Shown: one piece after another, positions 1 to 8,713 of the stretch
Layout: every line of letters starts with the position of its first letter
Position numbering within the stretch: position 1 is the stretch's first letter
Translations under genes and position numbers: made by a program
Assembly (NCBI GenBank): GCA_001792115.1
Contig: MGFX01000006.1
Location: forward strand, 18,537-82,536
From: Candidatus Woesebacteria bacterium RBG_16_42_24
GTDB lineage: Bacteria > Patescibacteriota > Microgenomatia > UBA8517
Direction: 5' to 3'
DNA: 64,000 bases
The notes under the pieces: model-generated
What the model saw: only the letters and a program-made list of their open reading frames with translations
Told to the model about the DNA's origin: nothing
The model's database searches: none

Positions 1-1125
1 CACATGGTTTTTAAGGGCAGCAAGAAGCGTCCCTCTGCCAAAGAGATTTTTGGAGCAGTTGATGCAATTGGTGGAGACTTCAACGCTGCTACGAGTAAAG
101 ACTGGACCAATTTCTATATTAAAGTTCGATCTTCGAACCTAGAAGAAGCATTCGACGTACTTTCCGACATGATTCTAAATCCGCTGCTTTTGACTGAGGA
201 GCTAGAGCGGGAGAAGGGGGTAATTGTCGAAGAACTAAGGATGCATGAAGATACACCGATGATACATATTGGTGACGTTTTTGAGCAACTTATTTTTCAA
301 GGAAATTCCTTAGGACGGGATATTATTGGCACAGAAAAAACCATAAGAAGTGTTAAAAGAGATGATTTTGTACGATATAGATCGATATATTATCACACTA
401 GAAATATGCTCCTCACTATTGCGGGCGGGGTCAAGGAACATGATGTAACCAATTTGACCAATAAGTATTTTAGGGACCTTAATAGTTTAGGGAGGACGGT
501 TAAGGGAAAAAACTTCAGATCTTCACAAAAAAAGCCTATGGTAAAACTTCACTCAAAGAAGAAAGAACAGGGCCATTTTATTCTGGGGTATTTGGGTAAT
601 GGAAGAACATATGAAGGAAAATACATCGACTCTGTCTTAGCAGTAATCCTAGGGGGAGGAGCAAGCTCCAGGCTCTTTATTGAGGTAAGGGAGAGAAGGG
701 GATTGGCTTATGCCGTAAAAACGAGCTTCGAAAGATATTTAGAAACAGGGTATATAGGAACTCAGGCAGGAGTAGATGTAAAAAGGATTGATGAAGCGAT
801 TAAAGTAACATTGGGTGAGCATTACAAGCTTGCAAATGGAAAGTCTCCGATTAGCGCAAAAGAGCTTAAAAAGGCAAAGGAATTTATAAAAGGCAATGTA
901 GCTTTGAGCCTAGAGGACACAAGAGATGTAGATAGCTTTTTTGGCGAACAGGCCCTTTTTCTTGAAGAGGTGCTTACGCCCGAAGAGGTATTCAAAAAGA
1001 TTGATGCGGTAAGTGTCGAGGACGTTGTACGTGCGGCTAAGAAGCTTTTTAGGCAAGATCGGCTCAATTTGGCCATCATTGGGCCTTACGAAAGTCAAGA
1101 GCGTTTTGAAAAACTAATTAAATGA
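1..1125 (+). CDS. M16 family (pitrilysin-like) zinc peptidase, 5' truncated by window edge
   Basis: Frame opens at HMVFKG (end of the HxxEH motif), then NAATSKDWT, EREKGVIVEE and SSRLFIEVRERRGLAY motifs typical of M16B peptidases. Confidence 0.9.
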   Translation, partial: HMVFKGSKKRPSAKEIFGAVDAIGGDFNAATSKDWTNFYIKVRSSNLEEAFDVLSDMILNPLLLTEELEREKGVIVEELRMHEDTPMIHIGDVFEQLIFQGNSLGRDIIGTEKTIRSVKRDDFVRYRSIYYHTRNMLLTIAGGVKEHDVTNLTNKYFRDLNSLGRTVKGKNFRSSQKKPMVKLHSKKKEQGHFILGYLGNGRTYEGKYIDSVLAVILGGGASSRLFIEVRERRGLAYAVKTSFERYLETGYIGTQAGVDVKRIDEAIKVTLGEHYKLANGKSPISAKELKKAKEFIKGNVALSLEDTRDVDSFFGEQALFLEEVLTPEEVFKKIDAVSVEDVVRAAKKLFRQDRLNLAIIGPYESQERFEKLIK

Positions 1126-2192
1126 GAGGGTTAGAATTTCCAATAATAGGCACGAAAATTCCCCACGTTACTAAAAAATTTGATCTAACAAGCCCCAAAG
1201 GAAGGAAAGAGTACTTCAAAGCTAAATCTGGTGAAGAAATTAGGAGTCTTAAAAAATATTTGAAAAAGAGTAATTTTATAGCTTATCTTATTGGTAAAAA
1301 GAATTCAGGTAAAGGAACTTATGCTAAATTATTTATTGAAATATTTGGAGAAGAAAATGTTACCCACCTTTCAGTGGGGGATTTGGTTCGTGAATATGGT
1401 GCGAATTGGGACAGGTTCTCTAAAAGCAAGTCTTTGGTAAAGCTTAAGAGTTTATATAGAGGTTATGTTTCTTTCGACGAAGCTATAAAACAATTATTGA
1501 GTAGAAGTACTAAAAGTCTTTTGCCTACAGAATTTATTCTGGCTTTACTTAAGTTGCGAATAGGAGAACTCAAAGGTAAAAGTATTTTTGTAGACGGCTT
1601 ACCGAGAGAGCTAGATCAGGTTTCCTACTCGCTTTTCTTTAGGGACTTAGCGGGCTACACCGAGGCTCCGGATTTTTTTGTCTTGATAGATATTCCCGAG
1701 GCTGTTATCGATGAGAGGATTAAATATAGAGTGGTTTGTCCCTTATGTAACACTTCAAGAAACAAAAAACTCCTCATTACGAGTAAAGTTGGTTATGATT
1801 CTAAAAGAAGAGAATTTTATCTTTCGTGCGACAATCCAAGCTGTAATAGTGCAAGGATGGAAAAGAAAGAAGGCGACGAGCTTGGAATAGAGCCAATAAG
1901 ACCAAGGCTAATAAAAGACGAGGAGATTTTAAAATCAGTTTTTTCCCTACATGGTATAGGCAGAATTTTATTAAGAAATCACGTTCCCAAAGGTTTAGCA
2001 AAAAAATATTTTGACGACTACGAGCTTACTCCGGAATACGTGCTTAAATGGGACAATTCAAGAAAAAGGGTTAAGGTGATTGAAAAGCCTTGGACAGTAG
2101 TTGACGATGAGGGGAAAGAAAGCTTTAGTCTCATGGCTCCTGTCGTATTTATAAGCTTATTAAAACAGTTGGCAGAGGTATTAAATATCTAA
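1122..2192 (+). CDS. Adenylate-kinase-like nucleoside monophosphate kinase (expanded)
   Basis: P-loop GKKNSGKGT, LSVGDLVR, IFVDGLPR and a Zn-lid-like CPLC...CDNPSC. Confidence 0.75.
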   Translation: MRGLEFPIIGTKIPHVTKKFDLTSPKGRKEYFKAKSGEEIRSLKKYLKKSNFIAYLIGKKNSGKGTYAKLFIEIFGEENVTHLSVGDLVREYGANWDRFSKSKSLVKLKSLYRGYVSFDEAIKQLLSRSTKSLLPTEFILALLKLRIGELKGKSIFVDGLPRELDQVSYSLFFRDLAGYTEAPDFFVLIDIPEAVIDERIKYRVVCPLCNTSRNKKLLITSKVGYDSKRREFYLSCDNPSCNSARMEKKEGDELGIEPIRPRLIKDEEILKSVFSLHGIGRILLRNHVPKGLAKKYFDDYELTPEYVLKWDNSRKRVKVIEKPWTVVDDEGKESFSLMAPVVFISLLKQLAEVLNI

Positions 2193-2193
2193 T

Positions 2194-2496
2194 ATGAATG
2201 CGGAACAAGGGAAACCCTTCGGAGAAGCCTACATGGCCTCTTACGCAGAGGTACCACAAGAACCAGTCAGAGATGAATCTGTTGCTATAAAAAAATTATC
2301 AGGACATCTCAGGCTCTTTGATCCTTTAGATATAGACCGCGCTAGGAATTGGTACCATTCAAATTACGAGAGCTTGTGCCTGGCATATGGTGAAGATAGG
2401 GTTAATGGTTTTCTTTTAAGTATGGCCTTCGGAGTTCCTGATAAACCTGGTCGGGGTGCTGGGAATTCCTGTCCGCCTCTGGCGGAGAACCCTTGA
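2194..2496 (+). CDS. Hypothetical protein; the last codons run into a tRNA remnant
   Basis: 100-aa ORF starting 1 nt after the upstream stop; no recognisable motif. Confidence 0.5.
   Translation: MNAEQGKPFGEAYMASYAEVPQEPVRDESVAIKKLSGHLRLFDPLDIDRARNWYHSNYESLCLAYGEDRVNGFLLSMAFGVPDKPGRGAGNSCPPLAENP
2448..2492 (-). pseudogene. 3' half of a former tRNA-Pro (T-arm, acceptor, CCA) with a 19-bp hairpin inserted in the T-loop
   Basis: Minus strand reads GGGTTC[TCCGCCAGAGGCGGACAGG]AATTCCCAG-CACCCCG-ACCA; the acceptor is complementary to CGGGGTG at 2620-2626. Confidence 0.75.
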
Positions 2497-2501
2497 TTCA
2501 G

Positions 2502-2573
2502 TCGGGGTAGCTGGATTCGAACCAGCGGCCTCATCGTCCCGAACGATGCGCGCTACCACTGCGCTATACCCCG
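2502..2573 (-). tRNA. tRNA-Pro(CGG)
   Basis: Cloverleaf CGGGGTA...TACCCCG, anticodon arm CATCG-TTCGGGA-CGATG, GGTTCGAATCC T-arm. Confidence 0.95.
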
Positions 2574-2594
2574 GCGTTGTTAATTTTCAAGGGA

Positions 2595-2626
2595 AACGTG
2601 GCGTGGTACCGATCCACCACACCCCG
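2595..2626 (-). pseudogene. 5' half of a former tRNA-Pro
   Basis: Minus strand CGGGGTG-TG-GTGG-ATCGGTA-CCAC-G-CCACG-TT gives acceptor, D-arm and the 5' anticodon stem. Confidence 0.7.
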
Positions 2627-2652
2627 AGTTTACCCTGAGCGGAGTCGAAGGG

Positions 2653-2724
2653 TGCCCCTGGCCAGAATTGAACTGACATCCTCAGCTTAGGACGCCGCTG
2701 CTCTGTCCGTTGAGCTACAGGGGC
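2653..2724 (-). tRNA. tRNA-Arg(CCT)
   Basis: GCCCCTG...CAGGGGC acceptor, GCTC/GAGC D-stem, loop GTCCTAA, T-arm GTCAG-TTCAATT-CTGGC; top anticodon-stem pair mismatched. Confidence 0.85.
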
Positions 2725-2753
2725 TTAGTTAGCGCTATTTTACCACAAAGAGG

Positions 2754-3980
2754 TTATTTTATAGTTACTGCGTAGAGGTTGGGGAGGGTGTCGGTAGCAC
2801 CGAGATTTGTGAGAATAATAATTCTGTCGGTAGAGAGAATCGGAAATGCGTTTGGGGTAATATACGAGCCAGAATAGACAACCTGACGGTTGGTCCCATC
2901 GTAGTCCATGATTGTTACCTTCCCTTCTTGAGCCAATACCAGGTGGCCTGAAGTTGAGAACCAGGTAAGTTTTGGAATAGAATTTCCAGTTTCCACAATT
3001 TCTGAATTGGTTACTCTATTCCAGTTTCCAATTTGGGTTTCTTCTTCCGAAATCAAAAAATTTCTGTCTTCTTTGATATCGTAAACATAAGTTCTACCCT
3101 CCTTAATATCCCTTTCTTGTTTTTGGGTTGAGGCGCCTGGGAGCTCTTTGACTACCCCCGATGGAATTATAGCCTCCGAGCTTGCCTGGTAGAGAATTTT
3201 GGTCTCATCAGGGGAGAAGGTTAAATATTTCGTTTTCCTAGTTAAAATATCGGCAATTTCGGGATGCAAGCTTTTGACTTGTGCAGCGAGTTTTAAATCA
3301 GCCTTCTTTTGCCACTCGGCAAGTAGTTCCTCTTTCTTTGTGGCGACATTTACCCTCTCCCTTTGGGGGGTGAATGTCCCCGCATCGAGCACAAAAACTC
3401 CTGTGAGTGTGGTTAGCATTATTTCCCTTCCGTCCGGAGAAAATGTCCAAGTAGCGCCTCTCAAATCGCCATCTGTAATTTGCCTTGGTTCTCGGGCAAA
3501 TCCAAGAGGAAGATTTAGAGTGTCTATGACCCAGAGACCCCCACTATCATTTCCATTTGCAACCGCTACCGAATAGGCAATTCTTCCGAAGTCGGACGAA
3601 GCAACGGGGAAAATACTTCCCGAGAAACTTACGGGTGTTAAGGAGGGGACTGACTTAAATAGATGGGCGATAGCCTCTGTAACAATTTCCTTTTGAATTT
3701 CTAACCTCTTACCCCAGGTAATATAACCCTCTTTTCTGAATTCTATATCGTAAGTGCCTGGAGAGAGCGAGATTGTTGTATCTGTTGCATTTACTAGCTC
3801 GCCATTTACAAAAACCTGGGCGCCTGATGGATCAGATTCAACCACCAAAAGGCCATTTGGGCTAAATTTAAAGGTTTTTATATCAAACCTGTAACCTCTT
3901 GCATAAAGAGATACAAAAAGTCCCAGAACGCCGACTACAATTAAGGTTATCAAAAAAACTGCAACTCTGACTTTTGTCAC
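2754..3980 (-). CDS. PEGA-domain membrane-anchored protein with beta-propeller/WD40-like repeats
   Basis: N-terminal TM, GLLVVESDPSGAQVFVNG...PGTYDIEFRKEGY (PEGA), FSPDG repeats. Confidence 0.8.
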   Translation of the reverse strand: MTKVRVAVFLITLIVVGVLGLFVSLYARGYRFDIKTFKFSPNGLLVVESDPSGAQVFVNGELVNATDTTISLSPGTYDIEFRKEGYITWGKRLEIQKEIVTEAIAHLFKSVPSLTPVSFSGSIFPVASSDFGRIAYSVAVANGNDSGGLWVIDTLNLPLGFAREPRQITDGDLRGATWTFSPDGREIMLTTLTGVFVLDAGTFTPQRERVNVATKKEELLAEWQKKADLKLAAQVKSLHPEIADILTRKTKYLTFSPDETKILYQASSEAIIPSGVVKELPGASTQKQERDIKEGRTYVYDIKEDRNFLISEEETQIGNWNRVTNSEIVETGNSIPKLTWFSTSGHLVLAQEGKVTIMDYDGTNRQVVYSGSYITPNAFPILSTDRIIILTNLGATDTLPNLYAVTIK

Positions 3981-4115
3981 GACCTAATTGTACACTATTT
4001 GAAGCTGTTTTGCCCACTTGTTGCCCCTTAAAAATCTTCATATAATGCGACGGCAAAGGGATTAGTGCATAGTGGGAGGAGCATAGTCTAAAACATCATA
4101 AGATATCAAAATAAA

Positions 4116-4227
4116 TCAGTTTTTCAGGTTATCAGTTAATCGGATTTCTGTTGATCGGTTGACCGGATTAAATCTGACAATCAGAGAAACTGGAGTCTGA
4201 AAACCCGATAAACCGATAAACTGGAAT
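4116..4227. repeat. Degenerate 8-mer tandem array in inverted arrangement
   Basis: TCAGTTTT/TCAGGTTA/TCAGTTAA/TCGGATTT... then AAACTGGA/AACCCGAT/AAACCGAT/AAACTGGA, abutting the mreB ATG. Confidence 0.7.
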
Positions 4228-5235
4228 ATGTTACGAAAAAACATCGCCATTGACCTAGGCACAGCCAACACCCTTGTTTGGGTGGCTGGTGAGGGGCTTG
4301 TTGCTAACGAACCCACAGTGGTCGCAATCTCGGCCGAAGACAGTAAAGTTGTAGCCGTTGGCGAGGACGCGAAAAGGATGCTTGGTCGTACTCCGGAAAG
4401 CTTGATTGCCAGCCGTCCCATGAGGGAAGGGGTCATTGCAGATTATCAGGTGACAGAGGCGATGCTTCGCTATTTTATCGGTAAAGTCACGGGGCGTTTT
4501 CAGTTATTTAAGCCAGAAGTAATGGTTTGTGTACCAGCCGGGTGTACGCAAGTAGAAAGAAGGGCCGCGCTTGACGCGACTCTCGCCGCTGGAGCATCGC
4601 ACGCCTATCTAATAGATGAACCATTGGCAGCAGCGATAGGCGCTGGGATCCCAGTTTCTGCGCCTTCTGGACATATGATAATCGACTCCGGAGGAGGAGC
4701 GACTGAAGCTGCTGTGATTTCTTTAGGAGGAGTAGTCGTTCATAAAAGCGTAAGGATTGCTGGAAACAAGATTGATGAAGCTATTCAAGATTATCTTAAA
4801 AAGACGCACAATCTGATAGTGGGAGACCAGACCGCCGAGGACATTAAGATTAAGATAGGTTCTGCAACGACTCTTGCCAAAGAAGAAAAGCTCGAAATTT
4901 CTGGTCGCGACTTGGTCTTTGGACTCCCAAGAAGCCTGGTAATCACCTCTGGAGAGATTACCGAGGCTATAAGAGGCCCACTCATGCAGATAATTGGAGC
5001 TGTTAAGGCGGTTTTGGAAGATACTCCGCCGGAGCTTGCAGCGGATATAATAGATAAAGGAATAGTCATGAGTGGAGGCACGGGCTTACTTCGTAATTTT
5101 AACAAGCTTATGACAGAAGAAACTGGAGTTCCTGCGCACGTTGCTGAAGACCCAATGCTTTGTGTGGTAAGGGGGACAGGCTTAGTACTTGAGAATATAG
5201 AACTTTGGAAGAGGAGTGTGACAACAAAGAGGTAA
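4228..5235 (+). CDS. mreB: Rod shape-determining protein MreB
   Basis: IAIDLGTANT, RPMREGVIAD, EPLAAAIGAG, TPPELAADIIDKGI. Confidence 0.97.
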   Translation: MLRKNIAIDLGTANTLVWVAGEGLVANEPTVVAISAEDSKVVAVGEDAKRMLGRTPESLIASRPMREGVIADYQVTEAMLRYFIGKVTGRFQLFKPEVMVCVPAGCTQVERRAALDATLAAGASHAYLIDEPLAAAIGAGIPVSAPSGHMIIDSGGGATEAAVISLGGVVVHKSVRIAGNKIDEAIQDYLKKTHNLIVGDQTAEDIKIKIGSATTLAKEEKLEISGRDLVFGLPRSLVITSGEITEAIRGPLMQIIGAVKAVLEDTPPELAADIIDKGIVMSGGTGLLRNFNKLMTEETGVPAHVAEDPMLCVVRGTGLVLENIELWKRSVTTKR

Positions 5236-5700
5236 AGCCCTTTTATAGGAACTAGAGGGTGCTAATTTACCCCTAAAAACCGAGGAAATACGGAAAAAAA
5301 TCATCACGGATGGTATAAATTGGGAAATTGGTGGAGTAGGAATATTCTTGATATTAGGTTGTATAGTAATTATGGTGATATCATCTACCAAGTGGATAAT
5401 TTGAGGATAAGAGAAATATCTTCCTATATAAATTTCGATGAAAAAATGTGTACAAAAAAGGCTAAATACAGGAATATTAAAAAGCATTAATATAACCTCT
5501 AGTATACGTTTTGATTAACGAGAATCAGTAAATGGGAGGAATGAAGCAGTATGAATAGACCGAATTTAACGCAATAGATATAGGATACTATATAGTACAT
5601 CATATTAAGTTATAATATAAATAGTAGTTGAGGCTAAATGACCTTAAAGACAGAAAAATCGAGTGTGATACACTAAAAAGCAAATAGAACCCAAAATAAA

Positions 5701-6591
5701 GTGTTAAAAATTGACCGAAAATACGGGAATATCCTAGGAATTAATATTAGTAGCACTCCAAGAAGCAGAGTGCTAACGTTAGTACGCTCTAGGCTCGCTA
5801 GTAAAAGAAAATTCTACATTGTTACCCCAAATCCGGAGATTGTTTTGAAAGCCGTGAGTGATAAAAGGTTGGCCAAAATTATTAATAGTGCCGACTTGGC
5901 GATCGCCGACGGGGTGGGACTTGTTCAAGCTGCTAAGTTCTTATCGATGGCTAGTCCTAAAAATAGTTTTCTAAAGATTCCTTTTTGCTTTTTTCAAGGA
6001 CTTTGGGTGGGTTTGGCGACCTTTTTGGATAAGGACTGGCTTTTTAGGGAACTAAGACCCATTAAGGGTAGGGAAATGTTTCTAGAATTAGTCAGACTTG
6101 CTAATAAGAAAGGCTGGAGGGTGTTTTTATTGGGTGGGGAACACGGGGAGGCAGAGGAGACTGCCAAAAAACTCCAAAGGAGTTATAAGGCTGTTACGTT
6201 TGCATGGCGCGAGGGGCCAATTTTTGATAAAGAAGGCCTAGCGATTTCGGCGGCGGGTCTTAATGAAGAAAAGGAGGCGGTTTATGCAATTAACGAATTT
6301 CAACCAGAGTTACTATTTGTGGCGCTTGAGACTCCAAAACAAGAGAAATGGGTTAGTAGGTGGTTGCCTAAGCTTTCAATTGGGGGAGCTATGGTTGTAG
6401 GTGGAGCTTTTAGGTATATTGCAGGGCAGGCGCCTTTACCCCCCAAATGGATGGAAGAGGTTGGCCTTGAATGGGTCTGGAGACTGATTACCGAACCTTG
6501 GAGAATAGGAAGAGTTCTAAACGCTTGGCCCATCTTCCCACTGAGGGTATTTTTGTACAAAATAACTATTGACACCCCTGAAGCTCTTTGA
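5701..6591 (+). CDS. WecB/TagA/CpsF family glycosyltransferase
   Basis: IVTPNPE, ADLAIADGVG, PKQEKW, GLEWVWRLITEPWRIGR. Confidence 0.92.
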   Translation: MLKIDRKYGNILGINISSTPRSRVLTLVRSRLASKRKFYIVTPNPEIVLKAVSDKRLAKIINSADLAIADGVGLVQAAKFLSMASPKNSFLKIPFCFFQGLWVGLATFLDKDWLFRELRPIKGREMFLELVRLANKKGWRVFLLGGEHGEAEETAKKLQRSYKAVTFAWREGPIFDKEGLAISAAGLNEEKEAVYAINEFQPELLFVALETPKQEKWVSRWLPKLSIGGAMVVGGAFRYIAGQAPLPPKWMEEVGLEWVWRLITEPWRIGRVLNAWPIFPLRVFLYKITIDTPEAL

Positions 6592-6662
6592 TATCGTCTG
6601 ATTAACTTAGGTTATGCCTTAGCCTTGGGACTATAACAAATGCGACTTAAGTGATTTAAAGC

Positions 6663-6884
6663 ATGGCAGATGAAGCTAAAAAGAAAAAAGTAAAGTTGGA
6701 TGATCTTCCTGATCTTCTGACAGTCCGAGAGGTTGCAGATATATTGCGTGTTTCCCCATTAACCATCAAAAGGTGGGGCAAGCGCGGTAAGCTTCCCGCA
6801 ATCCGCATAAACTCCCGGGGAGATAGGCGCTACAAAAAAGAAGCCATCCTCTGGTTGTTAGGCATGCAAGAGAAGACTGAATAG
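6663..6884 (+). CDS. Small MerR/excisionase-like (BldC-like, HTH_17) DNA-binding protein
   Basis: LLTVREVADILRVSPLTIKRW...GKLPAIR...GDRRY. Confidence 0.85.
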   Translation: MADEAKKKKVKLDDLPDLLTVREVADILRVSPLTIKRWGKRGKLPAIRINSRGDRRYKKEAILWLLGMQEKTE

Positions 6885-6909
6885 ATCCAATTTGGTATAA
6901 TATGGGTGT

Positions 6910-7131
6910 ATGTCGATTGTAAAACACCTTCATAAATACTTCTGGGATATAAATCCCCGTAAGTCCAGGCCAAAGACCCATCCGAAGTTCTACATAACCA
7001 GAATATTGGAGCTTGGGGATGCGAAGGCCCTTACTTGGCTGAAAGGCGTCTTTGGAGCAAAAAAGGTGGCTAAAGTCGGAAATAAGGCCAAGCTGTCTTC
7101 GAAATCCAAGAACTTTTTGCCTTATGTTTGA
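6910..7131 (+). CDS. Small putative antitoxin (DUF6922-like)
   Basis: KYFWD...YITRILELGD motif; overlaps the downstream nucleotidyltransferase. Confidence 0.7.
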   Translation: MSIVKHLHKYFWDINPRKSRPKTHPKFYITRILELGDAKALTWLKGVFGAKKVAKVGNKAKLSSKSKNFLPYV

Positions 7132-7735
7132 GAAGGTCTTGCTCCCGGCTACCCTGGGACTGGTTAAAAAACTGACACCAGACTCGTTTCCCGAAGGTTC
7201 GTATCTGGGAGGGGGGACGGCCGTTGCTTTGCAGTTGGGCCACCGACGCTCCGCAGATTTGGACTTTTTCACCGCTTACGAATTCATCGAAAGCCAGTGG
7301 GAACAAAAACTGGCAAAGGAGCTGCGGTTTAAACTTCTAAAAAGAGACTGGCAAACTCTAATAGGAGCCTGCGGTGAGGTAAAAATATCCCTTTTTGGAT
7401 ATAAGTACCCCCTCATCGGCAAAAAAGAAAGGTTTTTTGATATGGAGGTTGCTTCGCTACCGGATCTTGCGGCGATGAAGCTGGATACCGTAATTTCAAG
7501 GGGGGCAAAGAGAGATTTAATCGATATCTACTTTCTGGCTCAAAAATTCGGCCTGGACAAACTTTTTGAATACTACGACAAGAAGTATAAAAATTTTCAG
7601 GAAAGGGAAATTATGATTAAAAAAGCCTTGGTTTACTTTGAGGAGGCCAAAGACGATGAAATGCCGGATATGCTTGTCAAGACGGATTGGGAAGAAATAA
7701 AAAGGTGGTTTAGAGAAAAAGTTTCTAAACCTTAG
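7124..7735 (+). CDS. AbiEii/AbiGii-family nucleotidyltransferase toxin
   Basis: YLGGGTAVALQLGHRRSADLDFF, AAMKL, RGAKRDLIDIY; ATG at 7124 overlaps the antitoxin end. Confidence 0.88.
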   Translation: MFEKVLLPATLGLVKKLTPDSFPEGSYLGGGTAVALQLGHRRSADLDFFTAYEFIESQWEQKLAKELRFKLLKRDWQTLIGACGEVKISLFGYKYPLIGKKERFFDMEVASLPDLAAMKLDTVISRGAKRDLIDIYFLAQKFGLDKLFEYYDKKYKNFQEREIMIKKALVYFEEAKDDEMPDMLVKTDWEEIKRWFREKVSKP

Positions 7736-7739
7736 GCCA

Positions 7740-7891
7740 CGCATCAATTCCTGCGGCGATAGGCGCTACAAAAAAGAAGCCATCCTCTGGTTGTTAGGCA
7801 TGCAGGAAAAAGTGGAATAGGCTTCTTGCCCTTCCGAAGCTCAAAGAGCGAAGGAGGGTGGCTTCTAGGGATGCAGGAGAAGAGCGAATAG
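7740..7891 (+). repeat. Two displaced copies of the 3' end of the HTH gene (6663-6884), with a hairpin element between them
   Basis: 7758-7804 is identical to 6822-6868 (47 bp); the copies translate RINSCGDRRYKKEAILWLLGMQEKVE* and WLLGMQEKSE*. Confidence 0.9.
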
Positions 7892-8017
7892 CCTACAGCT
7901 TTAAAAGAACAGGCTTTGCAAGGCACTTCAAAAGATGGATATAGATAGAACATAGGTAATAAATGGGTGGTTTCGGAGAATGAAGGGAATTTAAGTTCTA
8001 CAAACAGTATAAATCTT

Positions 8018-8644
8018 TCAGCGGTTTTCTTTAAATTCGCCCCTGGCTACGATTCCTTCAACGGAGAGGTCGTCAACTGATTCCAGCGACATTATTACAA
8101 AATTTTTGAATTGATTTGGGTTAGGGTTTGTGCCAACTAGAGATTCTTCGATTTGTAGAAGATAAGAGCCGTCGTCTTGTCTTAAGAGTTTTGCGAGGGG
8201 GGTTAAGCTCGACTTTTCTGCATCGCTATCTAGCCAAATCTGAAGGAAAACTCCCTCTGGTGGTTCAAAGCCCAACGGACTTATTTCAACGATCCATTCT
8301 ATTCTGTCAGCATCTATATTCCTGCTAATCTTGCCGTATTCATTTCCCGAATCAACCCCAATTAACGCGATTGTTTGAGTATTGATAGTAGAAGAGGGCT
8401 CTTCCTGCGTAACCTCCTTATTTTGAGGTTTTAAAAGGGGTATTAAGGTAATACTTAAAACGCCAGCAATCAAAATAAGAGCGATGACTAAAACTAGATA
8501 AAGAATAGTCTTCTTTTTCGACCCTTGATTATCAGGAAGCACTGGTCCGGGAATCGGAGCTGGATATGGAGATGGAACAGGAGCTGTTACTGGTGGTTGG
8601 GAAGACAATCCCTGAGAAGTATTTTGGTCTGGCAGAATATCCAT
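8018..8644 (-). CDS. Single-TM hypothetical protein with Pro-rich N-terminus
   Basis: 208-aa ORF, hydrophobic segment after KKK. Confidence 0.7.
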   Translation of the reverse strand: MDILPDQNTSQGLSSQPPVTAPVPSPYPAPIPGPVLPDNQGSKKKTILYLVLVIALILIAGVLSITLIPLLKPQNKEVTQEEPSSTINTQTIALIGVDSGNEYGKISRNIDADRIEWIVEISPLGFEPPEGVFLQIWLDSDAEKSSLTPLAKLLRQDDGSYLLQIEESLVGTNPNPNQFKNFVIMSLESVDDLSVEGIVARGEFKENR

Positions 8645-8713
8645 ATTTGTTGATAATATGAGTTTATTTCTGGAAGAGATACTTTGTCAATAATTCAAGA
8701 TTGAGGTTTCTAG

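Noticed and set aside
2456-2638. ORFs overlapping tRNAs (also 58848-59117 and 58990-59205)
   Set aside because: Spurious translations of tRNA and palindrome sequence.
4116-4436. Long antisense ORFs opposite mreB, ribosomal protein, nusG and other genes
   Set aside because: Shadow ORFs of well-supported genes, with no motifs.
5236-5700. AT-rich gap containing ORF 5182-5487 (-)
   Set aside because: The ORF overlaps mreB and has no motif; it could be a decayed gene but I cannot support a call.
6663-6884. Prophage marked by an excisionase-like gene
   Set aside because: No integrase, structural or replication genes nearby.
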